Positions 10,435 through 18,137 of a stretch of DNA of 64,000 nt are shown in pieces; within the stretch, counting starts at the first letter, position 1; every line of letters begins with the position of its first letter. The position numbers and the translations under genes were made by a program. The notes beneath the pieces are model-generated. The model was given only the letters and a program-made list of their open reading frames with translations, made no database searches and had not been told where the DNA came from. Where the stretch lies: NCBI GenBank assembly GCA_045130475.1, contig JBGUPU010000017.1:26635-90634 (forward strand), in the 5' to 3' direction. The DNA is from Lachnospiraceae bacterium (lineage in GTDB: Bacteria > Bacillota > Clostridia > Lachnospirales > Lachnospiraceae).

Positions 10435-11328
10435 TTACATCTTAAGCATATGAGGAGTCTCGCCCTTTTTCACATGCACATGTGAAAAAAGATGGTCCTG
10501 GCAGTATTCAAGCCCGCCTTCGCATTTGCTGCAATAGCGGAATTCCAGCGAGTCGCCGTCCTTTTCAGTGCGGCCGCAGATCGCGCAGCGGTGGATCGTA
10601 TCCGCTCCCCTTGCGCTCTTCTTTCCCTCGGCGACCGAACGGCGGAACTTCTGTCTGCGCCGGACCTGCCCCGGCGATAAACTCATCCAGCTGCGGGAAC
10701 GCATGTACAAAAGGACCACATTCAGCAGGGCGGCCGCGATCACAAAGCGCTCGGCGCTGTTGCCTCCGATCATGCTCATGATCAGGAAGCCGGCATCGAT
10801 CCAGCCCAGGTATTTGACCTTGATCGGAAGGACAAAAAACAGGTAGACCTGTGCCTCCGGGAATGTCAGTGCGAAAGCCAGGAAAATTGACATATTAATA
10901 TAGTAGGTGCTGAAATAGGATGCCCCGTACTTGCTCAGAGTCGCCAGCTCAATTCCCGACAGTCCGCTCATCCGAAGGAAAACAACCCACAGAACCGCGC
11001 CCAGGATCGTCAAAAAAATGCCCAGGAAAATATAGACATTATATTTATAATCTCCCCAGACCCGTTCCAGCGCAGTTCCGATACTGTAATAAAAATACAG
11101 CATAATGGCGACAAAGAAGATATTTCCTCCGCCCATCGGGGGTACCAGAAGCCAGGACAGAATACGCCAGAACTGGCCGTTCAGCAGAGCCGTCACATCC
11201 AGTACGAGAAGGGAAAAAATCTCAGGTCTCACAAAATACAGCACATAGCCGACCACATAGAGGGCCACGAGTTTCAGCGACAGATTGCTGACAGCATACC
11301 TGCCGAATTTTTTTTCAAAATTACTCAT
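10435..11328 (-). CDS. Rhomboid-superfamily/Derlin-like membrane protein with C-terminal Zn finger
   Basis: About 6 TM helices, YFYYSIGTALERVWG motif, C-terminal CAICG...CSKC...YCQDH. ATG 11328 follows GGAGGA. Confidence 0.6.
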   Translation of the reverse strand: MSNFEKKFGRYAVSNLSLKLVALYVVGYVLYFVRPEIFSLLVLDVTALLNGQFWRILSWLLVPPMGGGNIFFVAIMLYFYYSIGTALERVWGDYKYNVYIFLGIFLTILGAVLWVVFLRMSGLSGIELATLSKYGASYFSTYYINMSIFLAFALTFPEAQVYLFFVLPIKVKYLGWIDAGFLIMSMIGGNSAERFVIAAALLNVVLLYMRSRSWMSLSPGQVRRRQKFRRSVAEGKKSARGADTIHRCAICGRTEKDGDSLEFRYCSKCEGGLEYCQDHLFSHVHVKKGETPHMLKM

Positions 11329-11674
11329 CAAGTTTCCTCCGGAACTTATTGCCGGCGCCTTTATTCCGGCGCACTGTTTCATCAGCATTTTATCATCCGG
11401 CACTGCGATTGTAAATGCCGCTTATACCGGCACATATCGGGCGCATATCAGGCGGGAACCCGGGCTGATCCCATTGGGCCCTGAGCACCTCTGACAGGCA
11501 GGGATCCTCCCCTTTACAGGCTCCGCGGGCAGCTGTTTACAGTAACTCATCAACATTTGTGCCGTTCTGTCGTTTTCAGCATCGTTGATTTTTAATCCAT
11601 GTTCTATTATAATAATTAGTTCAGAAAATACTCTAAATGATGCTTCTTATACAGACCGAAAGGAGTTATCAACT

Positions 11675-14600
11675 TTGATAGCAAAAGATTATACACTCGG
11701 CATTGATATCGGATCCACAACAGTCAAGATCGCTATTCTGGATCCTTCCTATAAAATCATGTTTGCCGACTACCGCCGGCACCATGCCGATATTCAGGGC
11801 ACACTGCGCGCACTGGTGCAGGATGCCCACACACAGCTCGGAGACATCACGGTCCACCCGGTCATCACAGGTTCCGGAGGACTGACACTGGCGACACATC
11901 TTCAGGTCCCCTTTGTCCAGGAGGTCGTCTCGGTCTCCACTGCCCTTGAGAAGATCGCGCCCAAAACCGATGTAGCCATAGAGCTTGGAGGCGAGGACGC
12001 CAAGATCATCTATTTTGAAAACGGCAGTATCGAACAGAGAATGAACGGAATCTGCGCAGGCGGCACAGGCTCTTTCATCGATCAGATGGCAAGCCTTCTG
12101 CAGACCGACGCCGCAGGACTCAACCGCTACGCACGCGGCTATCGCTCTCTTTATACCATCGCTGCCCGCTGCGGTGTATTCGCCAAATCCGACATCCAGC
12201 CCCTGATCAATGAAGGCGCGACCAAGGAAGACCTGGCCGCCTCCATCTTCCAGGCGGTTGTAAATCAGACCATCAGCGGACTCGCCTGCGGAAAACCCAT
12301 CCGGGGACATGTCGCCTTCCTGGGCGGCCCTCTCCACTTCCTTCCGGAGCTGAAGGCGGCTTTTGTGCGGACCCTGAATCTGGACGACGAGCACACCATA
12401 GATGTGGAAAACTCCCATCTGTTCGCCGCCATGGGAAGCGCCATGAACGCCGATGAGGACAATTATGTCCTTCTTTCCGAAATGGCTCAGCGTCTTTCCG
12501 GAAAACTCCATATGGAGTTTGAGATCGGACGAATGGACCCCCTCTTCTCCTCACAGGAGGAGTATGATGCGTTCTGCCGCCGCCACGAGAAGGCACGCGT
12601 CCAGCGCGCGGATCTCTCCCAATACCGCGGAAACTGCTTCCTCGGTATCGATGCCGGCTCAACGACCACCAAACTGGCCCTGGTCGGTGAGGACGGCTCC
12701 CTTCTCTACTCATTTTACAGCAATAATAACGGCAGCCCTGTCAGGACTGCGATCTCTTCCATTGCGGAAATCCACCGCCTGCTCCCCCCGGAGGCGAAAA
12801 TCGTCCGAAGCTGTTCCACAGGCTATGGCGAAGCCCTGCTCAAAGCAGCTTTCCTTCTGGATGAGGGCGAAGTAGAGACCATTGCCCACTACTATGCGGC
12901 CGCCTTCTTTGATCCTGAAGTCGACTGCATTCTCGATATCGGCGGACAGGACATGAAGTGCATCCGTATCAAGAATCATGCCGTCGACAATGTCCTGCTC
13001 AATGAGGCATGTTCATCAGGATGCGGCTCCTTCATCGAGACCTTTGCCAAATCCCTCAACTTCTCAGTGCAGGATTTCGCAAAGGCAGCTCTTTTCGCAG
13101 AGCATCCCATCGACCTGGGAACCCGCTGTACCGTTTTTATGAATTCCCGCGTCAAACAGGCGCAGAAGGAAGGAGCGGATGTCTCTGACATCTCCGCCGG
13201 ACTCGCCTATTCTGTCATCAAAAACGCCCTCTTCAAGGTGATCAAGGTATCCGATGCCTCCCAGCTGGGCAAAAATATCGTCGTCCAGGGCGGCACCTTC
13301 TACAACGACGCCGTACTTCGCAGCGTTGAGACCATTTCCGGCGGGCAGGTCACACGTCCCGACATCGCCGGCATCATGGGTGCATTCGGCGCTGCCCTGA
13401 TCGCCCGCGAGCGCTATAACGGCAGACAGAACACGTCCATGCTTTCCTTCGATGAGATCGAAAATCTCCAGTTTGAGACGACACTCACGACCTGCGGACG
13501 CTGCACCAACAACTGCCGCCTGACCATCAACCACTTCCTGCGCGGTGAAAGCACTGACATGACGGACAACGCCTCTGTCTTTGAGGACACCGTTCCCGTC
13601 ACCGGCGAAGGTTCAGGCCGTAAAAAGGAAACCGGACTTGCAGCCCGTGCCCTTGAAACAGGCCGCGGCGTAGCGGACAGGGCAGCGAAAGCCATCGAGG
13701 AGAGCGCCATCGGCGGAGCTGCCGGGCGTGCGAGAAACTCTGCATTTGAAACCGCAGGCCGCGCCAAAGATTCCGCCCTCGAGACTGCCGGGCGCGCAGC
13801 GAAGGCAATTGAGGAGAGTGCCATCGGCGGAGCTGCCACCAGAGCGTTCGAAACGGCCGGAAAGGCAAAAGATTCTGCCATTGAGACAGCGGAGCGCGCC
13901 AGGGAGACTGCCCTTGAGACTGCAGAGCGCGCCAAAGGCACAGCTCTTGAGACTGCCGGACGTGCAGCGAAGGCTCTGGGCGTGGACTCATCTGACAACA
14001 GTGAAAAACACGTCGGAGAAGAGAAGAAGGGCAAAGAAGACAAAAAGTTCAGAGAAGACAGGAAATCCAGGGAAAGCAAAAGATCCCGTGACAGCAGGAA
14101 GGCGAAAGAATCCCCTGCTCCGGCACAGGAGCGCCTGTTTATCTCCGGAAACCGCTGTGAGCGAGGCCTCGGCAAAGAAGCGACGCAGAACAACATGCCC
14201 AATCTCTATAAATACAAACTGGGCAGGATTTTCGGCTACCGTCCTCTTTCTGCCAGTGAGGCAAGACGCGGAACAGTCGGTATCCCCCGCGTCCTGAACA
14301 TGTATGAAGACTACCCCTTCTGGGCGACCTTCTTTACAAAGCTGGGCTACCGCGTGGTCCTCTCCCCGCTCTCGACTCACAGGATCTACGAGATGGGAAT
14401 TGAGTCCATCCCCAGCGAGTCCGCGTGCTACCCCGCCAAGATTGCCCACGGGCATATCATGTGGCTCATCGAAAAGGGTGTGGATTTTATCTTCTATCCG
14501 TCCCTGTTCTATGAGCGCCCTGAGTTCGCCTCTTCGGACAACCACTACAACTGCCCGATCGTCACCTCCTATCCGGAAAACATCCGCAACAACGTCGAGG

Positions 14601-16723
14601 AGATCACGGAAGGCAAAGTAAAGTTCCGCAACCCCTTCATGGCCTTCACCAGCGTGCATACCATTACGGACGCAATGGAGAAGGAATTCGGGGATGAGAT
14701 CCCTGTCGAAGAGATCCGGTCCGCCTGTGCCGCAGGCTGGGCAGAGCTGGAACAATCCCGCAGGGATATTCAGAAAAAGGGTGAGGAAGTCCTCAAATTC
14801 ATGGAGGAAAACCATGTCAAGGGCATCGTCCTGGCAGGCCGTCCCTACCATATTGACCCGGAGATCAACCACGGCATTCCTGAGATGATCACTTCCTATG
14901 GCATTGCCGTCCTCTCCGAGGACTCCATCTCCCACCTGTCCACACCGGACCGGCCGATCACAGTCCTGGACCAGTGGATGTACCACTCCCGCCTGTACGC
15001 GGCAGCCAACTACGTGCGCCTGCGCGATGATCTGGAGATGATCCAGCTCAACTCCTTCGGCTGCGGAATTGACGCAGTCACGACAGACCAGGTCAACGAC
15101 ATCCTGGCAGGATCCGACAAGATCTACACCTGCCTGAAGATCGATGAAGTCAACAACCTGGGCAGCGCCCGCATCCGTGTGCGCTCCCTGATCGCCGCCA
15201 TCCGTATCCGCGATGAAAAGAACACCAAACGCAGCATCCGCTCCACGGCCATCAAGAAAGTGCCCTTCACAGTGGAGATGCGCAAAAATTATACGATCCT
15301 GTGCCCGCAGATGTCGCCGATCCATTTCGACCTCCTCGAACCGGCCGTGCGTGCCTGCGGATACAACCTCGTGATACTTCCCAACGACAACCGCCGGGCT
15401 GTCGATTTCGGCCTCAAGTATGTCAACAACGATGCCTGCTATCCTTCCCTCTTTGTCGTCGGACAGATCATGGAAGCGCTTGACTCCGGACAATATGATC
15501 TGGACAGGACTGCGGTCCTGATGACCCAGACCGGCGGCGGCTGCCGTGCCTCCAACTACGTCGGCTTTATCCGCCGCGCACTGACAAAGGCCGGCATGGG
15601 ACAGATTCCCGTTGTCTCAGTCAATATGTCCGGTCTTGAGGAAAATCCGGGCTTCAAGCTTGACCTCAAGCTCATTACCCGCGCAGCCTATGCTATTGTC
15701 TTCGGTGATGTCATGATGCGCTGCGTCTACCGCATGCGTCCCTATGAGCTCAAAAAGGGCAATGTCGAGGCCAAGCATAAGAAATGGGTGCAGATCTGCA
15801 CCGATTTCCTGACTAAGACAAACGGCCTGAACCTTCCCAAGGTCCAACGGCTTGCGGTTCAGATGATCCGCGATTTCGACGCGATCCCGATCCGCGAGGA
15901 GCGCAAGCCCCGCGTCGGCATCGTCGGCGAGATCCTGGTCAAATACGCCCCCGCGGCCAACAACTATCTCGTGGATCTCCTCGAGCAGGAGGGGGCGGAG
16001 GCCACTGTTCCCGACCTGATGGGCTTCATGCTCTACTGTTTCTACAACCAGGTCTACAAGGCGGAACATCTGGGTACAAGCAAAAAGACCGCGCAGAAGA
16101 GCACGCTCGGCATCCGTGCCATCGAAGCCGCTCTGAAGCCCATTTACAGGGCTTACGAAAAGAGTGTCCACTTCGAAGCTCCTGCCAGCATTTATGACCT
16201 GGTAAAATTTGCCGAGCCCATCGTTTCCATCGGAAACGAAACCGGTGAAGGATGGTTCCTCACCGGAGAGATGATCGAGCTGATCAACGACGGTGTTGAA
16301 AATATCGTCTGCATTCAGCCCTTCGGGTGCCTTCCCAACCACGTGGTCGGCAAGGGCGTCATCAAGGCGATCCGCAGGGAATACCCGCTGGCCAATATCG
16401 CGGCCATCGACTACGATCCCGGAGCCAGTGAAGTAAACCAGCTCAACCGTATCAAACTGATGCTGGCCACCGCCCAGAAGAATATGGAGAAAAAGAAGGC
16501 AGGTCTTATTTCCGGTACAGACGAATCTGCTGACTACAGAGAATCCGAACGTGTCGCAAATGAGACCGCCCCCGAGATTGACAGCGAGAACGCCTCGATC
16601 GGCTGCGTCCCTGATACTGATCCTGTCAGTACACAGGCGCAGGGCAATGCTTCCCAAAGCAGGAAGGCCTCCGGCGCGCACCGCAGACCTCGGGGACTGG
16701 CCGGACTTTTCCGCAGAAAATAA
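11675..16723 (+). CDS. 2-hydroxyacyl-CoA dehydratase activase-related multidomain protein (two BadF/BadG/BcrA/BcrD ATPase modules plus DUF2229-type region)
   Basis: Two GIDxGSTTxK motifs, ELGGEDAK/DIGGQDMK, NGICAGGTGSF/NEACSSGCGSF, QLNSFGCG and IQPFGCLPNH. TTG start 11675 after AAGGAG. Confidence 0.9.
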   Translation: MIAKDYTLGIDIGSTTVKIAILDPSYKIMFADYRRHHADIQGTLRALVQDAHTQLGDITVHPVITGSGGLTLATHLQVPFVQEVVSVSTALEKIAPKTDVAIELGGEDAKIIYFENGSIEQRMNGICAGGTGSFIDQMASLLQTDAAGLNRYARGYRSLYTIAARCGVFAKSDIQPLINEGATKEDLAASIFQAVVNQTISGLACGKPIRGHVAFLGGPLHFLPELKAAFVRTLNLDDEHTIDVENSHLFAAMGSAMNADEDNYVLLSEMAQRLSGKLHMEFEIGRMDPLFSSQEEYDAFCRRHEKARVQRADLSQYRGNCFLGIDAGSTTTKLALVGEDGSLLYSFYSNNNGSPVRTAISSIAEIHRLLPPEAKIVRSCSTGYGEALLKAAFLLDEGEVETIAHYYAAAFFDPEVDCILDIGGQDMKCIRIKNHAVDNVLLNEACSSGCGSFIETFAKSLNFSVQDFAKAALFAEHPIDLGTRCTVFMNSRVKQAQKEGADVSDISAGLAYSVIKNALFKVIKVSDASQLGKNIVVQGGTFYNDAVLRSVETISGGQVTRPDIAGIMGAFGAALIARERYNGRQNTSMLSFDEIENLQFETTLTTCGRCTNNCRLTINHFLRGESTDMTDNASVFEDTVPVTGEGSGRKKETGLAARALETGRGVADRAAKAIEESAIGGAAGRARNSAFETAGRAKDSALETAGRAAKAIEESAIGGAATRAFETAGKAKDSAIETAERARETALETAERAKGTALETAGRAAKALGVDSSDNSEKHVGEEKKGKEDKKFREDRKSRESKRSRDSRKAKESPAPAQERLFISGNRCERGLGKEATQNNMPNLYKYKLGRIFGYRPLSASEARRGTVGIPRVLNMYEDYPFWATFFTKLGYRVVLSPLSTHRIYEMGIESIPSESACYPAKIAHGHIMWLIEKGVDFIFYPSLFYERPEFASSDNHYNCPIVTSYPENIRNNVEEITEGKVKFRNPFMAFTSVHTITDAMEKEFGDEIPVEEIRSACAAGWAELEQSRRDIQKKGEEVLKFMEENHVKGIVLAGRPYHIDPEINHGIPEMITSYGIAVLSEDSISHLSTPDRPITVLDQWMYHSRLYAAANYVRLRDDLEMIQLNSFGCGIDAVTTDQVNDILAGSDKIYTCLKIDEVNNLGSARIRVRSLIAAIRIRDEKNTKRSIRSTAIKKVPFTVEMRKNYTILCPQMSPIHFDLLEPAVRACGYNLVILPNDNRRAVDFGLKYVNNDACYPSLFVVGQIMEALDSGQYDLDRTAVLMTQTGGGCRASNYVGFIRRALTKAGMGQIPVVSVNMSGLEENPGFKLDLKLITRAAYAIVFGDVMMRCVYRMRPYELKKGNVEAKHKKWVQICTDFLTKTNGLNLPKVQRLAVQMIRDFDAIPIREERKPRVGIVGEILVKYAPAANNYLVDLLEQEGAEATVPDLMGFMLYCFYNQVYKAEHLGTSKKTAQKSTLGIRAIEAALKPIYRAYEKSVHFEAPASIYDLVKFAEPIVSIGNETGEGWFLTGEMIELINDGVENIVCIQPFGCLPNHVVGKGVIKAIRREYPLANIAAIDYDPGASEVNQLNRIKLMLATAQKNMEKKKAGLISGTDESADYRESERVANETAPEIDSENASIGCVPDTDPVSTQAQGNASQSRKASGAHRRPRGLAGLFRRK
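13630..13980 (+). repeat. In-frame degenerate 33-bp (11-aa) tandem repeats inside the activase gene
   Basis: SAFETAGRAKD, SALETAGRAAK, RAFETAGKAKD, SAIETAERARE, TALETAERAKG, TALETAGRAAK, plus AIEESAIGGAA twice. Confidence 0.9.
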
Positions 16724-16766
16724 TCACCCTGCGTATCCAGGTAAAATGATAAAAAACCGATAACAC

Positions 16767-16808
16767 AAAAAGGGCACCGGCGCCAGTGATTGACGTCGAT
16801 GCCTTTTT
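16767..16808. terminator. Imperfect bidirectional terminator after the activase gene
   Basis: aaaaagggcaccggcgcc ... gacgtcgatgccttttt stem with A/T tails on both sides. Confidence 0.65.
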
Positions 16809-16878
16809 CATGTCAAAAATGTATTGCAATGCCTTGTCCCGAAAGTAAAGGGGGAGGATTCTGCGCATAAGGAATGAT

Positions 16879-17075
16879 CCATGCCGACAGGTTCGCGGGA
16901 GCGTTCGAGCGAGCTCGACGCGTCTCATTGTTGACTGTATCTCTCACGCAATTCGCCATGCCGACAGGTTCGCAGCCTTCGGCTGCTCACTGTCGCGGCA
17001 TTCGCCGTATACATCCAAATCAATAATTCGCCGCGTTCGAGCGAGCTCGACGCGTCTCATTATTGATTTGTATGT
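16879..17075. repeat. REP-like palindromic repeat mosaic
   Basis: 18-bp CCATGCCGACAGGTTCGC at 16879 and 16956; 29-bp GCGTTCGAGCGAGCTCGACGCGTCTCATT at 16901 and 17033; 17-bp inverted repeat at 17011-17027/17059-17075; GCAGCC-TTC-GGCTGC hairpin at 16972. Confidence 0.85.
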
Positions 17076-17094
17076 GCATGGCTCATTGCTTACG

Positions 17095-17855
17095 CGCAAA
17101 ATCAAGGAAGAGTATTCATCTGCCGTCTTTCCCAACGGTCTTACTGCGACGAACACTCTTCCTCAGAAAACACCATCCAATGGACTTATCCTCCTTTTTG
17201 TCTGGCTCTCCGCTCTCTTTCCTCTTCTTCTTTGTACTGATTGTACTGTGATGTCCGCATTCAGATCTACGCTGCACTCTCTGGTGCTTTCTCCGGATCG
17301 ATAGCCTGCTTTCCTGGATTCCGACTCCTTTCGAAACTTACCTCCCATCGTCCTTCCTCTACTATCTGATTGATGCGATGATCCGGAAGAGGACTGTTCC
17401 ATCCTGTTCCCCATCCTGCATCTTTCCGGTTTCCGATTTCAGATTTTGTCGGGTTTTTATTCGTCCGGTGAATCCACTCTTCAGAACTGTGATCTTTCAA
17501 AATATCCGATGCTGTGATTCATCACTTCTCTTTGGTGTACTCAATTGCGGAAAATATTCAATTGTAACTGGTTAATAGAGCTTTGATTAACTGCTTCCGG
17601 TGGCATTTACCTCCCTTTCTTCTTCTTTTTTTCCGCCTCGTGACTGCCTGTCGGGATGTTCGAAATATAATGGGAGAAACCGGCGGCTGTCTGCCTTCCT
17701 GATCTCATCCTGCGAAACTGCTCTTTGAAGCAGCTCCCGTGCGGAGAGTCCTTTGAGACTTTCCGTTGATACGAACTGTCTCCGCTGGTGTCTGTGCTTA
17801 TTTAAAAGAAGATTGATTGGTGAGCTTCTCGTCACCTTTTCTTGAAGTACTTTAT
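17095..17855 (-). ncRNA. Candidate large structured non-coding RNA (unassigned)
   Basis: Perfect promoter immediately upstream, no credible long ORF, several stems with minus-strand G-U pairs, and 34 GGA motifs. The 3' end is uncertain. Confidence 0.5.
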
Positions 17856-17861
17856 GTGATT

Positions 17862-17890
17862 ATTATACATAGCGTTCCCGTATTTGTCAA
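17862..17890 (-). promoter_or_regulatory. Perfect consensus sigma-70 promoter facing into the 17.85-17.1 kb ORF-less region
   Basis: TTGACA-aatacgggaacgctatg (17 bp)-TATAAT with an AT-rich upstream tract. Confidence 0.9.
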
Positions 17891-18018
17891 TCAATTAGGG
17901 TAAACAAAAGTAAATTATCGGATTATTCAGTAAATTATATACAATTCACTGCTTTGTTCCTGATTTGATACAATTCATCAGGCTGCAGAAAGAGGACATC
18001 CTGCCCTGCTTTTCCGTC

Positions 18019-18056
18019 AAAAAAAGCGGCACCGCTGTATGTAAGAGCAGTGCCGC
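18019..18056 (-). terminator. Intrinsic terminator of glyA
   Basis: gcggcac ... gtgccgc stem followed by a T-run on the minus strand. Confidence 0.75.
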
Positions 18057-18137
18057 ATATGTTCATCTTTTCAATTTTCCGGTTTTCTCAAACTTCCAAT
18101 TTGAGAGCCGCTGTCACAAAGAATGCCGGCCGTTTGA

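Noticed and set aside
16879-17075. Repeats as a CRISPR array
   Set aside because: Two different repeat units with only two copies each, unequal spacing, and no cas genes or leader.
17180-17490. OLE RNA resemblance (AAGAGUGGAUU; AGAGUGCAGCGU...UGCGGAC)
   Set aside because: Only short matches recalled from memory, the span is about half of OLE length, and the usual ispA-oapA context is missing. Needs cmscan; not claimed.
17740-17800. Glycine riboswitch-like fragment (GGAGAC...CUCAAAGGAC) near glyA
   Set aside because: Lacks the CGCCGAAGG and CUCAGG core, and lies downstream of glyA rather than in its leader.
17587-17835. 82-aa minus-strand ORF, and other 60-83 aa ORFs in 16.9-17.6 kb, as the product of the strong promoter
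   Set aside because: GTG start about 20 nt from the predicted TSS without a usable RBS, no recognisable motif, low-complexity composition, and overlapping ORFs in several frames. RNA structure explains the sequence better.
17095-17855. Assignment to tmRNA, RNase P RNA, SRP RNA, T-box or tRNA cluster
   Set aside because: No GAGGAAAGUCC, no SRP CAGG-GGAA-GCAG domain, no tRNA-like T-arm/CCA end, no GGUGGUACCGCG T-box, and no same-strand downstream gene.
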